This document shows positions 39,637 to 51,913 of a DNA stretch of 64,000 bases, one piece after another. Position 1 is the stretch's first letter. Every line of letters starts with the position of its first letter. The notes beneath the pieces were generated by a model that did no database searches, was not told the DNA's origin, and worked only from the letters and a program-made list of their open reading frames with translations. This DNA is from Burkholderiales bacterium (GTDB taxonomy: Bacteria; Pseudomonadota; Gammaproteobacteria; Burkholderiales; JABEVD01). The DNA lies in NCBI GenBank assembly GCA_019753155.1, contig JAIELG010000017.1, positions 49,576 through 113,575 of the forward strand. Direction: 5' to 3'. The translations under genes were made by a program, and so were the position numbers.

Positions 39637-40512
39637 TCATTTCGCCTTATCCCCTGACTTCTTGAAATACTTGAAGAATTCGGAATCGGGCTCGATAACC
39701 AGCGTACTGTTTTTCCCGTTGAAGCTCTTGCGATAAGCTTCCAGACTTCTATAGAAGGCGTAGAACTCGGGATTTCTGGAAAATGCCTTGGCATAGATCG
39801 AGGTCGCCGCCGCATCGCCCTGGCCCTTGATCTTCTGGGCATCCCGGTAGGCATCCGCGATGATGACTTCGCGCTGCCTGTCCGCATCCGCCCTGATCCG
39901 CTCGGATTCAGCAGCGCCGGTCGAGCGCAGTTCGTTGGCCACGCGCTTCCTCTCCGCTTCCATCCTCCTGTATACCGAATCGCTGACCTGCTGGGGAAGG
40001 TCGACCCGCTTCAGGCGCACGTCGACCACCTGAACGCCGATCTTGCGCGAATCCTGATCGGTCTTCTCGCGCATCAAATCCATGATCATGTCGCGCTGCC
40101 CGGAAATGACATCATGCACGGTCCTGTTGCCGAACTCGTCGCGCAACCCGGAATTGATCGTCTGGGAAAGCCTCAACTCCGCCCTCGCCTCGTCCCCGCC
40201 CGTGCTGATGTAATACTGCTTCGGATCGACGATGCGCCATTTGACGAAGGAATCGACGAGCACGTTCTTTTTCTCGGAAGTAATATAACGCTCAGGCTCG
40301 GGAGATTCGAAGGTCAATACCCTGGTGTCGAAATAACGCACATTCTGGATGAGCGGGATTTTCAGGTACAGGCCAGGCGCGGTCTTGACCGAAACGATTT
40401 CCCCGAGTTGCAGCACGAGCGCGCTCTGCCTCTGGTCGACCGTAAACAGGCTGGCGCTCAGCAATACGAAGACGGCCAGGAGCGCGACAATGTATCCTGT
40501 CGGATTCTTCAT
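39637..40512 (-). CDS. hflC: FtsH protease modulator HflC (SPFH/band-7)
   Basis: 291 aa with an N-terminal TM helix and an SPFH domain. Overlaps the hflK stop (ATGA). Confidence 0.93.
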   Translation of the reverse strand: MKNPTGYIVALLAVFVLLSASLFTVDQRQSALVLQLGEIVSVKTAPGLYLKIPLIQNVRYFDTRVLTFESPEPERYITSEKKNVLVDSFVKWRIVDPKQYYISTGGDEARAELRLSQTINSGLRDEFGNRTVHDVISGQRDMIMDLMREKTDQDSRKIGVQVVDVRLKRVDLPQQVSDSVYRRMEAERKRVANELRSTGAAESERIRADADRQREVIIADAYRDAQKIKGQGDAAATSIYAKAFSRNPEFYAFYRSLEAYRKSFNGKNSTLVIEPDSEFFKYFKKSGDKAK

Positions 40513-41672
40513 GGCCTGTCCTCCCTGTCGCGGTTACGGAAAGCGTCCCTGGAGCGGTCCTCGCCACCCGATGCAGGCGCTTTCGCGGCGGCATCGTCCT
40601 GGGACTGTGCAGCGGCAGGCTCAACTGCCTGTATGAGCTTGTCGAGCGGAAGATACAGCAGGTTCCCGCCCTTCTTCTGGTCCACCAGGATCTTGTTCGT
40701 ATTGCTGAGCACCTGCTGCATGGTGTCGATATACATCCTGTCCCGCGTGACGCGGGGCGCCTTGTCGTATTCCGTCAGGATCTGCTGGAAGCGGCTCGCA
40801 TCGCCTTCGGCATTGGCCATCACGCGCTGCTTGTAGCCCTGCGCTTCCTGTGTCAGCCTCGCGGCATCCCCGCTCGCTCTGGGCACGACATCATTGGCAT
40901 AAGCCTGGCCTTCGTTTTTCAGGCGCTCCCTGTCCTGATTCGCCTTGACCGCGTCGTCAAAGGCTGCCTGCACCTGCTCGGGCGGCTGCGCATTTTGCAT
41001 CGTGACCTTGCTGACGGTGATCCCGGTCTTGTAGCGGTCGAGTATCTTCTGCATCAATGCAGCGGCCTGATCGGCGACCTGCTCGCGCCCCTCGTACAGG
41101 ACGAAATTCATTCTGCTTTTCCCCACTACCTGGCGTATGGCCGTTTCCGCAACCTGCCTCACCGCATCTTCCGGTGCGCGATTCTGGAAGAGGTATTCTT
41201 CCGGGTCCTTGATGATGTACTGCACGGCGAACTGGATGTCGATGATATTTTCGTCATCGGTCAGCATCAGCGATTCCTGCGGAATCTTGCTCTTCACGTT
41301 GTTCCTGTAGCCGATCTCGACCGTTCTGACCGTCGATACATCGACTATTTCCGGGCTTTCAATTGGATAGGGCAAATGCCAGCGCGGGCCCGGCTGGGTT
41401 GTTTCGACGTATTTCCCGAAACGGAGCACGACGCCGCGCTGGCTGGCATCCACGATATAAAATCCGCTCGCAAGCCAGACCAGAACAGCTATGGCCACGA
41501 AAACCCAGAGGCTGCCTGCGCTCATCTTCGGCCCCGACGGCGGCGCGCCGCCCCCCCCGTTTCTGCGCACGAAAAGCGATTCGAGCTTCCGGTTGAAATT
41601 CCGCCATAGCTCATCGAGATCGGGAGGGCCCGACTTCCCGCCGCCTCCCCATTGTGGATCGTTTAATCCCAT
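40509..41672 (-). CDS. hflK: FtsH protease modulator HflK (SPFH/band-7)
   Basis: 387 aa with N-terminus PPDLDELWR.F..K, a TM helix and an SPFH domain (GVVLRFGKY). Confidence 0.93.
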   Translation of the reverse strand: MGLNDPQWGGGGKSGPPDLDELWRNFNRKLESLFVRRNGGGGAPPSGPKMSAGSLWVFVAIAVLVWLASGFYIVDASQRGVVLRFGKYVETTQPGPRWHLPYPIESPEIVDVSTVRTVEIGYRNNVKSKIPQESLMLTDDENIIDIQFAVQYIIKDPEEYLFQNRAPEDAVRQVAETAIRQVVGKSRMNFVLYEGREQVADQAAALMQKILDRYKTGITVSKVTMQNAQPPEQVQAAFDDAVKANQDRERLKNEGQAYANDVVPRASGDAARLTQEAQGYKQRVMANAEGDASRFQQILTEYDKAPRVTRDRMYIDTMQQVLSNTNKILVDQKKGGNLLYLPLDKLIQAVEPAAAQSQDDAAAKAPASGGEDRSRDAFRNRDREDRP

Positions 41673-41687
41673 TTTTTTCCAGACCTG

Positions 41688-42824
41688 TCAAAATGATGCT
41701 GCAACAAGCATTTCAGCCTGTTGCGGCGAAACCGGGCCATCGCCCAGAAATTCACCCAGAAGCTCCCTCACGAGCCCCATGCCTTCCCCGGTTCTGGCGC
41801 TCAAGCCAATCCTTGCGATTTTACCATACTCGTCGCGATCCATCCCGGCCGACTGGCCATTGATGTCGATTTTATTGAATATCAGAACCTGGGGAACGGA
41901 TTCGGCGCCGATTTCGGCAAGCACCCGGTTGACTTCGAGTATCTGCTCATCCCGGACGGGATTGCTCGAATCGACCACATGCAGGAGCAGGTCGGCATGT
42001 ATGGTTTCCTCCAGCGTGGCGCAGAAGGAGGCCACCAGGGTGTGCGGCAACTGACGGATGAACCCGACTGTATCCGAAAGCACGGCCTGCCCGTATCCGG
42101 GAACGAACATGCGGCGCGACGTGGTATCCAGTGTGGCGAAAAGCTGGTCCGCAGCGTAACTGTCGGCGCGGGTCAGTGCGTTGAACAGGGTGGATTTCCC
42201 CGCGTTGGTATAACCGACTATGGATATGGACGGGACATGCCCCCTCGCCCTCGATCGCCTTTGCACTTCGCGTTGCCGCTTGAGCTTCTTCAGCCGTTCC
42301 TTGAGCAACTTGACCCTTTTCCCGATCAACCTCCGGTCGGTTTCGAGCTGAGTCTCTCCCGGCCCCCTCAAACCTATGCCGCCCTTCTGGCGTTCGAGGT
42401 GAGTCCAGCCGCGTATCAGGCGAGTGGAAAGATGCTCGAGCTGGGCGAGTTCGACCTGAAGCTTCCCTTCGAAGCTCTTCGCCCGCTGGGAAAAGATGTC
42501 GAGAATCAGGCTGGTGCGATCGATCACCCTGCATTTGAGGCGGTTCTCGAGGTTGCGCTGCTGCGCGGCGGACAATTCATGATTGAATATCACGAGGCTC
42601 GCGCCCGTCCCATCGAGCATGGCGGTCACTTCATCGAGCTTGCCGCTGCCGGCATAGGTTGCCGAATCGGGGGATGCGCGCCTGCCGGTCACGGTTGCGA
42701 ACACAGCCACCCCAGCGCTGGAGGCAAGTTCCTTCAACTCCTCCAGAGACTCGGTAAAGCCCGGCTTGCCGAAATCCAGGGCAACGAGTACCGCCGCATC
42801 CCCGGAATCAGGTCTTTCTATCAT
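41688..42824 (-). CDS. hflX: GTPase HflX
   Basis: 378 aa with G1 motif [14 protein letters not shown]3 motif DTVGFI..LP..L...F..TLEE, and NKID. Confidence 0.94.
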   Translation of the reverse strand: MIERPDSGDAAVLVALDFGKPGFTESLEELKELASSAGVAVFATVTGRRASPDSATYAGSGKLDEVTAMLDGTGASLVIFNHELSAAQQRNLENRLKCRVIDRTSLILDIFSQRAKSFEGKLQVELAQLEHLSTRLIRGWTHLERQKGGIGLRGPGETQLETDRRLIGKRVKLLKERLKKLKRQREVQRRSRARGHVPSISIVGYTNAGKSTLFNALTRADSYAADQLFATLDTTSRRMFVPGYGQAVLSDTVGFIRQLPHTLVASFCATLEETIHADLLLHVVDSSNPVRDEQILEVNRVLAEIGAESVPQVLIFNKIDINGQSAGMDRDEYGKIARIGLSARTGEGMGLVRELLGEFLGDGPVSPQQAEMLVAASF

Positions 42825-43060
42825 CCAGCGGCGGAAGAGTCGAACGGAACCGTGACCGGACGGGACGGCACAACTGTCGATATCGCGTGTTTGTAAACCA
42901 TTTGCGTGACCGTGTTCTTGAGCAGGATCACGTACTGATCGAACGACTCGATCAATCCCTGAAGCTTGATTCCATTGACAAGATATATCGACACAGACAC
43001 ATGTTCCTTACGCAGGATATTCAGGAATGGGTCTTGTAACAATTGCCCTTTTGCGCTCAT
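42821..43060 (-). CDS. hfq: RNA chaperone Hfq
   Basis: [18 protein letters not shown]...[24 protein letters not shown]...[13 protein letters not shown]. Start placed at the internal Met (43060) rather than track start 43093. Confidence 0.95.
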   Translation of the reverse strand: MSAKGQLLQDPFLNILRKEHVSVSIYLVNGIKLQGLIESFDQYVILLKNTVTQMVYKHAISTVVPSRPVTVPFDSSAAG

Positions 43061-43182
43061 AAACTTCTCCGACTTTATTATTGGCCGATTCACATTCTAG
43101 ACTAGTGTATCGGATTGTGCTAAAAAATTTTGAAAATATAACGAATTACGAAGGTTCGACCCCGCCGGCAGAGTTTGGTTCC

Positions 43183-44580
43183 TCAACCGTATTTTTTTCT
43201 GCCGAGAATCCGCTTGCGATGGGCCGAGCGCTTCTCGCTTTCGGTCATCGGGGCGGGTTTCTTGTCCGCAAAGGGATTCTTTCCCTGCTTGAATTGCACC
43301 TTCAACGGCGCGCCCTTCAATTCGAAAGCATCCCTGAACGTCTTTTCCAGGTAACGCTTGTAGCTCTCGGGAATATGCTCGAGGGACGTGCCGTGGATGA
43401 CGATCAGGGGCGGATTCATTCCGCCCTGGTGCGCATAGCGCAGCTTGGGCCTGAACGTCCCGACACGGGGAGGCGCCTGTTTCTCCACAGCGGCGATCAG
43501 AAGGCGGGTCAGCTTGGGCGTGGACAGCTTCGCCATCGCGGAGGCATAGGCATCGTCCACCGACTTCATGAGAGCATCGAGTCCCGCCCCGAACAGGGCG
43601 GAAATGTAATGAATGGCGGCAAAACCCGTAAAATTCAGTTTCCTCGACAGGGTTCGTTTCACGAGTTCGCGCTGCATGGGTTCGAGTCCGTCCCATTTGT
43701 TGACGGCGATGACCAGCGAGCGTCCGGCTTCCAGAATGAAGCCCGCGATATGCGCATCCTGATCCGAAATCTCGGCGCTCGCATCGAGCACGAGAACGAC
43801 CACGTTGGCATCCTCCACCGCCTGAAGGGTCTTGATGACGGAAAACTTCTCCACCGCCTCGAACACCTTGCCGCGCCGCCTGATCCCGGCCGTATCGATG
43901 AGGGTGTAATGCCTGCCGCCGCGATCGAACTCGACATGGATGCTGTCTCTTGTCGTGCCGGGCTGATCGAAGGCAATGACGCGCTCCTCCCCCAACAGGG
44001 CATTGACGAGTGTGGATTTCCCGGCATTGGGCTTTCCGACAATGGCGATCCTCGGACCTTCCTCCAGGGAGAAATCGGAGGCTTCCTCCGGAAATGCGGC
44101 AAGGGCAAGGTCGACGAGATCGCGCACATTGTCCCCGTGCGCCGAAGAAATGGGCAGAGGCTCCCCCAGGCCGAGTTCGTGAAACTCGGCGGATATGACA
44201 TGACGCATCATGCCTTCGGTCTTGTTCACGGTGAGAAAAACAGGCCTGCCGGTCTTGCGCAACTGATCGCCGATCACCCTGTCCTGCGAAGTCAATCCAT
44301 CTCGGCCGTCGACCATGAACAGGATCACATCGGCTTCGTCGATCGCCTGGAGCGTCTGCCTCGCCATTTCATGCATGATGCCGTCTTTGGCGACGGGTTC
44401 GAAACCGCCCGTATCGACGACCAGAAAAGGCTTCACGCCTACCCTGCCATGTCCGTAATGCCTGTCCCGCGTGAGCCCCGGAAAATCGGCCACGATCGCA
44501 TCGCGACTTTTGGTCAGCCTGTTGAAAAGAGTCGATTTCCCGACATTGGGCCTGCCAACTATGACCAGAGTGGGTTTCAT
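43183..44580 (-). CDS. der: Ribosome-biogenesis GTPase Der (EngA)
   Basis: 465 aa with two tandem GTPase domains ([14 protein letters not shown] and [14 protein letters not shown]) plus a KH-like C-terminus. Confidence 0.96.
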   Translation of the reverse strand: MKPTLVIVGRPNVGKSTLFNRLTKSRDAIVADFPGLTRDRHYGHGRVGVKPFLVVDTGGFEPVAKDGIMHEMARQTLQAIDEADVILFMVDGRDGLTSQDRVIGDQLRKTGRPVFLTVNKTEGMMRHVISAEFHELGLGEPLPISSAHGDNVRDLVDLALAAFPEEASDFSLEEGPRIAIVGKPNAGKSTLVNALLGEERVIAFDQPGTTRDSIHVEFDRGGRHYTLIDTAGIRRRGKVFEAVEKFSVIKTLQAVEDANVVVLVLDASAEISDQDAHIAGFILEAGRSLVIAVNKWDGLEPMQRELVKRTLSRKLNFTGFAAIHYISALFGAGLDALMKSVDDAYASAMAKLSTPKLTRLLIAAVEKQAPPRVGTFRPKLRYAHQGGMNPPLIVIHGTSLEHIPESYKRYLEKTFRDAFELKGAPLKVQFKQGKNPFADKKPAPMTESEKRSAHRKRILGRKKYG

Positions 44581-44583
44581 GGA

Positions 44584-45720
44584 TCAGGGCACCGCCAGCG
44601 CGTAAAGTTTGCCTTTTCCGGTCTGCACCAGGAAAACATCGCTGTCGAGGTGGATGGGCTGCGAACGTATGGCGCTGCCGTCCGTCTTGATTCGCGCGAC
44701 GAGTTCGCCGTCGCTGCGCCGCATGAAATGCACATAGCCCTGTATATCGCCGACAACCACATAATTGTCCTGAACGTAGGGTGCGGTGATCCGCCGCCCT
44801 TCCAGTGCCGTCTGCTTCCAGACCGAAGCCCCGGCAGTGCTGTCGAGACTGAGGACGGCGCCCTGCTCGTCGCTCATGAAGATATTGCGCCTGTCGACGA
44901 TCATCCCCGTATCGCTGGAAATATCCCGAGACCAGATCAGATCACCCTTCGCAATATCGAAACAGGAAAGCCTGCCCTGAAAAGCGACGGCGCAAACCTG
45001 GAGTTCGTCTATGACGGGCAGGCTCGCAACATCGGCTATCCTTTCGAGTTCCGTCGTGCCGTGGGGTTGAGCCACGGCTGCCTCCCAGCCGAGCGCCCCG
45101 GTTTTCAGGTCGAGCGCGACCAGCTTGCCCCCGGCAAACCCCGCAAAAACCGTTCCCTGGGAAATCCTGACTCCGGCGTAATTGCGTATGGAAAGCGCGG
45201 GCACGGTGTACTGGTAAACCCATTTCTGCCTGCCGTCGCTCCCATCGAGTCCGAAGATTCTGCCGTCCCCGGTGCGGACAACGACGATGCCGTCTTCCGC
45301 CTGGGGGGGGCTGAGGAGTTCTCCCGCGATCTGGAACTTCCACTTCGGCTTGCCGGATTCGTCGAAAGCCATCACTTCGCCGTTATCCGCGCCCACGATG
45401 ACGAGGCCGTCACCCACGCCCACGCCGGCGGAAATCTTGTGCAAGGTATCCACCTTCCATAAGCGCCTGCCCTTCAGGCTCTCGAGTCTGGAAATTTCCC
45501 CGTCCTGCGAGGCAACGAAAATGGCGCCATGATCCACAGCCGGAACCAGCACCGCGTCCCCCATGGAGCCGGCATCCTCTTCCCAGAGCACGAGCGGATT
45601 GAACGCCTCGTTGATTTGCGGCAGCCTGGAAACGGACGAGTTCATCCCGAACAGATTGCCGACCGTCGAGCAGCCTGACAGCGCCGCAAGGCTGATGAGG
45701 AGCAGGAATACCCTTGTCAT
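44584..45720 (-). CDS. bamB: Outer-membrane protein assembly factor BamB
   Basis: 378 aa with a lipoprotein signal/lipobox (LAALSGCS) and PQQ-like beta-propeller repeats. Sits in the yfgM-bamB-der order. Confidence 0.9.
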   Translation of the reverse strand: MTRVFLLLISLAALSGCSTVGNLFGMNSSVSRLPQINEAFNPLVLWEEDAGSMGDAVLVPAVDHGAIFVASQDGEISRLESLKGRRLWKVDTLHKISAGVGVGDGLVIVGADNGEVMAFDESGKPKWKFQIAGELLSPPQAEDGIVVVRTGDGRIFGLDGSDGRQKWVYQYTVPALSIRNYAGVRISQGTVFAGFAGGKLVALDLKTGALGWEAAVAQPHGTTELERIADVASLPVIDELQVCAVAFQGRLSCFDIAKGDLIWSRDISSDTGMIVDRRNIFMSDEQGAVLSLDSTAGASVWKQTALEGRRITAPYVQDNYVVVGDIQGYVHFMRRSDGELVARIKTDGSAIRSQPIHLDSDVFLVQTGKGKLYALAVP

Positions 45721-46349
45721 TTCCCGCCTCCCGTCGAATCGAGCTTGACCTGGATCAGGTCGTGATAGGCGCCGGACTTTTCGGTCTTGTTGAGCGCAAG
45801 CAGATAAGCGCTCCTTGCCTGGTCGAGCTTGCCTTCCTCGAGAAAGATATCCCCCTTGAGATCGGAGTACAGCCCGTCGAAAGCGTCATCATGCTGAACG
45901 CCCAGCTCTGCAATCGCATCGGCATATTTTTTCTCGTCGAACAGAACCCTGGCAAGCCTCAGCCGCGCAACATCCCTGAGTTCGGGCTCCTGGCTGTGGT
46001 CCAGCGCCCATTGCAACTGGAGTTTCGCATCGTTCGTCTCTCCCGCGTCGAAGTCGGATTGCGCGACGATCATGGCGGCTCTGGCCGCATAGGCCGTTTT
46101 CGGAAAGGATTCCATGATAGTGGAGGCAGCGAGCCTGATTTTCCTGAGATCCTTTTCGTCCTGCATTTTCGAGAGGGCATCGAACAGCGCGGACGCCTTC
46201 TCATTGCGCGCATGCTCGTAATGGCGGTAGCCGAAATAGGAAGCGGATGCGACCGAAGCGATCACGATGGCCGCAAGCAGCCATTTTCCATGGCGCTTCA
46301 ACCAGGCTTTTATTTCATCCAACTGCTGCTGTTCGTCCGGATCGTACAT
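45717..46349 (-). CDS. YfgM-like membrane-anchored TPR protein (ancillary SecYEG subunit family)
   Basis: 210 aa with N-terminus EQQQLDEIKAWLKRHG, a TM helix and a TPR-like C-terminus. Sits between hisS and bamB. Confidence 0.8.
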   Translation of the reverse strand: MYDPDEQQQLDEIKAWLKRHGKWLLAAIVIASVASASYFGYRHYEHARNEKASALFDALSKMQDEKDLRKIRLAASTIMESFPKTAYAARAAMIVAQSDFDAGETNDAKLQLQWALDHSQEPELRDVARLRLARVLFDEKKYADAIAELGVQHDDAFDGLYSDLKGDIFLEEGKLDQARSAYLLALNKTEKSGAYHDLIQVKLDSTGGGK

Positions 46350-46358
46350 GATTCTTCC

Positions 46359-47627
46359 TTAAATTGATTGTGAGCGCAGCCAGGAGACGGCTTCGGCAAG
46401 CCCCATCCTGAACTGGCCCATTTCTGCCCGCAGGGGCTTCAGGCTGATCTCGCACGCCCCTGCCTCGTCATCGCCGATGATCGCGGCAAAACCGGATCCG
46501 CTTGCATCGGCCTTTTTCATTTGCGACTTGAAACTTCCCCCGCCGCAATGGAGGATGACCGAAAAATGGTGGTCGCGCAAAAATTCCGCTGCGATCACGG
46601 CGAATTTCGACGCTTTTTCCCCCTGATGCACCACATAGACATCCTGGGCTCTCGGTGAAACGCCGCCATTGTCTTCCTGGATCAGACTGAGGATGCGCTC
46701 GATGCCCATCGCAAAACCGCAGGCCGGCGTCGGCTTGCCGCCGATTTGACTGACCAGGCCGTCGTAGCGCCCGCCCGCGCAAACCGTCCCCTGCGCACCC
46801 AGTCGATCCGTCACCCATTCGAACACAGTGCGGTTGTAATAATCGAGCCCCCTGACCAGCCTGGAATTGATCGTATAGCCTACCCCGAGTTCGTTCAGAA
46901 TAATCTGCAATTTCTCGAAATGCAGGAGCGAATCCTCGTCCAGTTCGTCCAGCAGCTTCGGCGCGCTTTCGACGATCTCGCGCATTGCCGGATTCTTGCT
47001 GTCCAGTATCCGCAACGGATTGCTGTGCAGGCGCCTTTTCGCATCGTCGTCGAGGCTATCCTGATGCTGCTCGAAATGCCGGATCAGTTTCCCGCGGTGC
47101 CTTGCACGCGATGCCGTATCCCCGAGCGAATTGATTTCGAGCCGCACGTCGTTGATCCCAAGCTTGCGCCAGAGCCGCGAAGCCATCACGATCTGTTCGC
47201 CGTCCATATCCGGCCCCTCGAAACCCAACGCTTCCACGCCGACCTGATGAAACTGGCGATAGCGCCCTTTTTGCGGCCGCTCATGGCGGAACATCGGCCC
47301 GCTGTAGGCCAGGCGCAACGGACCGGGATAAAGCAGGTTGTGCTGCAGCACGGCGCGCACGCAGGAAGCCGTGCCTTCCGGCCTCAGGGTGAGGTTCTCG
47401 CCGTTGAGATGGTCTTCGAAGGTATACATTTCCTTCTCGACGATGTCGGTAACCTCTCCTATGGAGCGCCTGAAAAGCGCGGTCTGCTCCAGGATGGGAA
47501 GACGGATTGTCCGGTAACCGTAAGCTTCCAGCCAGTTTTTGACCGTTTCCTCGAAAAAGTCCCACCAATGCGCATCCTCAGGCAGAATATCGTTCATCCC
47601 CCTGATCGCCTGAATCTTATCGCTCAT
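46359..47627 (-). CDS. hisS: Histidine--tRNA ligase
   Basis: 422 aa with motifs [24 protein letters not shown] and GGGRYDGL. Confidence 0.96.
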   Translation of the reverse strand: MSDKIQAIRGMNDILPEDAHWWDFFEETVKNWLEAYGYRTIRLPILEQTALFRRSIGEVTDIVEKEMYTFEDHLNGENLTLRPEGTASCVRAVLQHNLLYPGPLRLAYSGPMFRHERPQKGRYRQFHQVGVEALGFEGPDMDGEQIVMASRLWRKLGINDVRLEINSLGDTASRARHRGKLIRHFEQHQDSLDDDAKRRLHSNPLRILDSKNPAMREIVESAPKLLDELDEDSLLHFEKLQIILNELGVGYTINSRLVRGLDYYNRTVFEWVTDRLGAQGTVCAGGRYDGLVSQIGGKPTPACGFAMGIERILSLIQEDNGGVSPRAQDVYVVHQGEKASKFAVIAAEFLRDHHFSVILHCGGGSFKSQMKKADASGSGFAAIIGDDEAGACEISLKPLRAEMGQFRMGLAEAVSWLRSQSI

Positions 47628-48841
47628 TCTGCCCCATACCGCGTACTGACATAATCGTCTATGATTTTTTGAAATTCAAGAGCAATATGCTCGCCCTTCA
47701 GCGTCACCGTCCTGATGCCGTCCACATAGACGGGCGCGACGGGATGCTCCCCAGAACCCGGCAGGCTGATCCCGATATTGGCGAGCTTGCTCTCTCCCGG
47801 GCCGTTGACCACGCACCCCATCACGGCCACCTTCAATTCCTCCACGCCCCTGTAACGGGTGCGCCAAAGCGGCATCTGGCGCCTCAGGTAAGATTGCGTG
47901 TCGCGGGCGAGTTCCTGGAAAAATGTGCTGGTTGTCCTGCCGCACCCCGGACAGGCCGTCACCATGGGCGCGAAAGCACGCAGGCCCATCGTCTGCAGGA
48001 TTTCCTGGGCGACGATCACTTCGAGCGTCCGCTCCCCTCCCGGTTCCGGGGTCAGCGAAATGCGGATCGTGTCCCCTATCCCGGATTGCAGCAGGACGGC
48101 CAGCGCGGCGGTCGATGCCACGATGCCTTTGGACCCCATTCCCGCCTCGGTGAGCCCAAGATGCAGCGGATAATCGCAACGCGCAGCCATGTCCTTATAC
48201 ACCCCGATGAGATCCTGCACGCCGCTCACCTTGCAGGACAGGATGATTTTATCGGGAGAGAGGCCCAGCTCGACTGCCCGCCGGGCGCTCGAAACTGCGG
48301 ATGAAATCAGCGCTTCGCGCTGCACCGCATCCGGTTCGAGCGGCACATCGAGCTTTCCATTCTCGTCCATCATCCTGGCAAGCAGATCGGGGTCGAGGCT
48401 GCCCCAGTTGACGCCGATCCGTACCGGCTTGTCATGGCGGCAGGCCATCTCTACCATGGTGGCGAACTGCTCGTCCCGTTTTTTTCCCGCCCCGACATTG
48501 CCCGGATTGATGCGATACTTGTCGAGCGCCTGTGCGCAATCCGGATATTGCGAGAGCAGTTTGTGGCCGTTGAAATGAAAATCGCCCACGAGCGGAACGG
48601 CGCATCCCATCCTATCGAGCGCATCCCTTATTCTCGGCACCTGAGCTGCGGCTTCTGCCGTATTGACCGTGATCCTGACGAGTTCGGACCCGGCTGCCGC
48701 GAGTTCCGCAACCTGCTGCGCGGTGGCGACCGCATCAGCCGTATCGGTATTGGTCATCGACTGAACAACGACCGGCGCATCGCCTCCGACGGCAATATTG
48801 CCGACCCACACCTTCCTAGTTTTTCTGCGCACAATAGTCAT
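47624..48841 (-). CDS. ispG: 4-hydroxy-3-methylbut-2-en-1-yl diphosphate synthase (flavodoxin)
   Basis: 405 aa with motifs VQSMTNT.T.D, LGLTEAG and the Fe-S cysteines ACPGCGRT...GCVVNGPGE. Confidence 0.96.
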   Translation of the reverse strand: MTIVRRKTRKVWVGNIAVGGDAPVVVQSMTNTDTADAVATAQQVAELAAAGSELVRITVNTAEAAAQVPRIRDALDRMGCAVPLVGDFHFNGHKLLSQYPDCAQALDKYRINPGNVGAGKKRDEQFATMVEMACRHDKPVRIGVNWGSLDPDLLARMMDENGKLDVPLEPDAVQREALISSAVSSARRAVELGLSPDKIILSCKVSGVQDLIGVYKDMAARCDYPLHLGLTEAGMGSKGIVASTAALAVLLQSGIGDTIRISLTPEPGGERTLEVIVAQEILQTMGLRAFAPMVTACPGCGRTTSTFFQELARDTQSYLRRQMPLWRTRYRGVEELKVAVMGCVVNGPGESKLANIGISLPGSGEHPVAPVYVDGIRTVTLKGEHIALEFQKIIDDYVSTRYGAE

Positions 48842-48844
48842 GAT

Positions 48845-49636
48845 CTATCCAAGCGTCAAATGCGCCACATCGATTCTGATATAGGGAGCAAGATCGACTG
48901 GCTTGCCTTCATAGTACAGCCTGACCGCGCGCGCATTGCCGATCACGAGAGAAAAGGGCGCAGCCCCGGACACATGCGTCTCGGAGCCTGCCTGACTCAG
49001 CCTGGAAAAAATGATCCTGCCGCTCGCATCCCTGATTTCGACCCAGGAAGCCCCATCGAATGCAAGATGGACAACTCCGGTTGCAGCCGGAGCGGAAACT
49101 GCGACCGGGAGCGGCATTTCAATTGGAGCGGAAGCGGAAAGAGGCAGTGCAGCGGAAACCGGAACTTGCGCTCTTACCGGCGACGCTTGCGGCACCGGCG
49201 GCACTGCGGACTTTTCGGGCGTTGCGGCGGGCTCGGCAGCTTTCGGCTTTATCTGCGCAGGCTCATGGTTTTCGCGGTACATCTCGTAAACCAGGATGGG
49301 GAAAACCAGAAGCACGATCCATATCGCATAATGAACCCAGCTTTTTTTCCGCCCGGAAGGAAAGGGAATCTCCTCGTTTTTCTGCGGCGCGGTGGATTCC
49401 TCTGGCAGCATCAGGGCATCGAAAAGGGGATTGGGGTCGATTTGCAGGAGTCTGGCGTAATTCCCTATGAAGCCGCGCACGAAAACCTTGCCTGGAAGCG
49501 CGCCGTAATCGTCCCCCTCGAGCGCTTCGACCTGACGGGTGGACAACCTCATCTGGCTCGCAACTTCTTCGATGCTCAGTCCACGCCTTTCGCGTTCCTG
49601 TCGCAGAATCAAACCCGGGCGACTTTCGTCCATCAT
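48845..49636 (-). CDS. rodZ: Cytoskeleton protein RodZ (XRE-type HTH, TM, Pro/Ala-rich linker, C-terminal DUF4115)
   Basis: N-terminal HTH LRQERERRGLSIEEVA..MRLS.RQVEALE, a TM helix, and a C-terminal beta domain (SW.EI.DA.G). Confidence 0.85.
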   Translation of the reverse strand: MMDESRPGLILRQERERRGLSIEEVASQMRLSTRQVEALEGDDYGALPGKVFVRGFIGNYARLLQIDPNPLFDALMLPEESTAPQKNEEIPFPSGRKKSWVHYAIWIVLLVFPILVYEMYRENHEPAQIKPKAAEPAATPEKSAVPPVPQASPVRAQVPVSAALPLSASAPIEMPLPVAVSAPAATGVVHLAFDGASWVEIRDASGRIIFSRLSQAGSETHVSGAAPFSLVIGNARAVRLYYEGKPVDLAPYIRIDVAHLTLG

Positions 49637-50379
49637 TCGAATTTTCCGTTCAGAAGATCATGCGCTTCCGCCGATTCGGGAAAGCGGCTCTTCAATTGCG
49701 CGCCGTAATCGGCTTCCACGCCCGATCCACCCAGCCTGCGCTCGATGCGTATGCCCAGCCACAGGCTTTGCGGCGAAGGCTCGGCCATTTGCATATGGCT
49801 GGAGAGATACGAGCGGGCAAGCCCATAATTCCCCGCCCTGAAATTGATCCGGGCGAGACCCAGGTTCGCCTGGGCAAGCCTGGGCTGGATTTGCAGCGCC
49901 TGCTGATAATAGCGCTCCGCACGCCTGTCCTCCCCAATACGCTCGGAACAGATTCCGGCATTGAGATAGGCCATTTCAGGCGTCGTATAAAGCGGATTGG
50001 CAAGCGCGGCGAGGAAATGCTCGATGGATTTTTTTTCGCGCTGCGTCTGGCATAAAAACCAGCCGTAGTTGTTGTTGATATCCGAATCTTTCGGATTGAT
50101 GCTGAGGGCATGCTCGAAATTCTGCTCTGCGGCATCGTTGTCCCGCAAGGTCATGTAAACAAGCCCGAGCACATTGTATGCAGGCGCATAGGAAGGATCG
50201 GACTTGACGGCTTCCTTGAGTTCGGCAAGCGCAACCGCATACTGGCCCCGGCCGTAGTAGCCGGCCCCGAGCTCGGCATGCACGGCTGCGCTGCTCCGCT
50301 TTCCCTGCTCGGTATCGAGTTGCTCGGGCTGGGAAGCGCATCCCGCCAGTAAAATCGCGAGAAAAAGGATGCCTCTCAC
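49633..50379 (-). CDS. pilW: Type IV pilus biogenesis/stability TPR lipoprotein PilW (PilF)
   Basis: Lipobox LLAGCAS and TPR repeats. Conserved position between rlmN and rodZ. Start proposed at GTG 50379 (GTGA overlap with the rlmN stop); track start is 50436. Confidence 0.8.
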   Translation of the reverse strand: MRGILFLAILLAGCASQPEQLDTEQGKRSSAAVHAELGAGYYGRGQYAVALAELKEAVKSDPSYAPAYNVLGLVYMTLRDNDAAEQNFEHALSINPKDSDINNNYGWFLCQTQREKKSIEHFLAALANPLYTTPEMAYLNAGICSERIGEDRRAERYYQQALQIQPRLAQANLGLARINFRAGNYGLARSYLSSHMQMAEPSPQSLWLGIRIERRLGGSGVEADYGAQLKSRFPESAEAHDLLNGKFE

Positions 50380-51446
50380 GCGCAAACTCCGTTGCGTCTG
50401 GTCTTGTCCAGAACCTGCCCGGCAAGCTGTCCGCAAGCCGCATCGATGTCGTCCCCGCGCGTTCTCCTCGTCGTCACGACAATGCCTGCTTCGACCAGAA
50501 TCGTCTTGAACGCTGCGATCGAAGCTTCACTCGATCGGCGATATCCCGAACCCGGAAAAGGATTGAACGGTATCAGATTGAATTTCGATGGTACATCCCT
50601 GACCAGCCTCACCAGTTCGCGCGCATGGGAGAGGGTATCGTTCACCCCGTCCAGCATCACGTATTCAAAAGTGACAAAATCCCTGGGGGCATGTTCGATA
50701 TAGCGCCGACATGCCGCCATCAATTCAGCCAGGGGATATTTTTTGTTGATCGGCACCAGAACATCGCGCAATCCATCGTTCGGCGCATGCAGGGAAACAG
50801 CAAGCGCGACGGGGCAACGCTCTCCCAGCCTGTCAATGGCCGGAATCACGCCGGACGTGCTGACCGTCACGCGGCGGCGCGACAGGCCATATGCCGAATC
50901 ATCGAGCATCAGGTTGAGCGCAGTCACCACATTCTCGAAATTGAGCAGGGGCTCGCCCATCCCCATCATCACGACATTGCTGATGATGCGCTCGCCTCCA
51001 GGCTCCCGCCCCAGCGCCCGGTTCGCCCACCAGAGCTGGCCGATGATTTCGGCGACGGAAAGATTCCGGTTGAATCCCTGCCGCCCCGTCGAGCAGAAAC
51101 TGCATTCGAGCGCGCAGCCCACCTGGCTCGATATGCAAAGCGTGCCCCGGTTCGCTTCGGGAATAAAAACCGTCTCGATCGCATTGCCCTCACCCACGGC
51201 CAGCAGCCATTTGCGCGTGCCATCCAGCGCATCGAGCTCGCGAACGAGACGAGGCGTTTGTATCACTGCCCTATCCTTGAGTTTCTCCCTGAGACTTTTC
51301 GCAATATCGCTCATGTTGGAGAAATCATCCTCTCCGAAGTGGTGCATCCACCTCATCAACTGCCTGGCGCGAAAAGGCTTTTCGCCGATTTCCAAAAAAA
51401 AACCGGCGAGTTTTTCAGGGTCGAGATCGAGCAGGTTTACCGTCAT
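50376..51446 (-). CDS. rlmN: 23S rRNA/tRNA adenine-C2 methyltransferase (radical SAM)
   Basis: 356 aa with the radical-SAM motif [11 protein letters not shown], plus MGMGEPL and a C-terminal [11 protein letters not shown]. Confidence 0.96.
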   Translation of the reverse strand: MTVNLLDLDPEKLAGFFLEIGEKPFRARQLMRWMHHFGEDDFSNMSDIAKSLREKLKDRAVIQTPRLVRELDALDGTRKWLLAVGEGNAIETVFIPEANRGTLCISSQVGCALECSFCSTGRQGFNRNLSVAEIIGQLWWANRALGREPGGERIISNVVMMGMGEPLLNFENVVTALNLMLDDSAYGLSRRRVTVSTSGVIPAIDRLGERCPVALAVSLHAPNDGLRDVLVPINKKYPLAELMAACRRYIEHAPRDFVTFEYVMLDGVNDTLSHARELVRLVRDVPSKFNLIPFNPFPGSGYRRSSEASIAAFKTILVEAGIVVTTRRTRGDDIDAACGQLAGQVLDKTRRNGVCA

Positions 51447-51871
51447 TAACGGGAATAAACGGCAAGCGCGGGAAAGAAATAGGCGATCTCGTTTGCAGCC
51501 GTTTCCGGCGCATCGGAACCATGCACGGCATTGGCGTCGATGCTTTCGGCGAAATCGGCGCGAATCGTGCCTTTTTCCGCTTTTTTCGGATCGGTCGCCC
51601 CCATCAGGTTGCGGTTTTTCAGGATCGCGTCATCGCCTTCGAGGGCCATGATCATCACGGGCCCGGAAATCATGAATTTCACCAGATCGTTGAAAAAAGG
51701 GCGCTCGCGATGCACGGCATAAAAACCTTCCGCTTCGCTCTGGGAAAGAAGCTGCATGCGGGCAGCGACGACCTTGAGTCCGTTGTCTTCGAAACGGGAA
51801 ATGATTTTTCCGATCACGTTTTTCGCCACGGCATCGGGTTTGATGATGGAAAGGGTACGTTCAGCAGCCAT
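51446..51871 (-). CDS. ndk: Nucleoside-diphosphate kinase
   Basis: [15 protein letters not shown]...GPV....LEG..A....[16 protein letters not shown]......NAVHGSD. Start placed at the internal Met 51871. Confidence 0.96.
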   Translation of the reverse strand: MAAERTLSIIKPDAVAKNVIGKIISRFEDNGLKVVAARMQLLSQSEAEGFYAVHRERPFFNDLVKFMISGPVMIMALEGDDAILKNRNLMGATDPKKAEKGTIRADFAESIDANAVHGSDAPETAANEIAYFFPALAVYSR

Positions 51872-51913
51872 GCAGTTCTCCAATAAAGGTAATCAGGATA
51901 GTCTTATATTTTA

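Noticed and set aside
41551-41558. C8/G8 homopolymer runs in hflK (41551-41558) and bamB (45303-45310), considered as phase-variation candidates.
   Set aside because: They lie in essential or core genes and encode Gly-Gly/Pro-Pro in GC-rich codons. They serve only as the background rate against which the G10 tract in the glycosyltransferase gene is judged.
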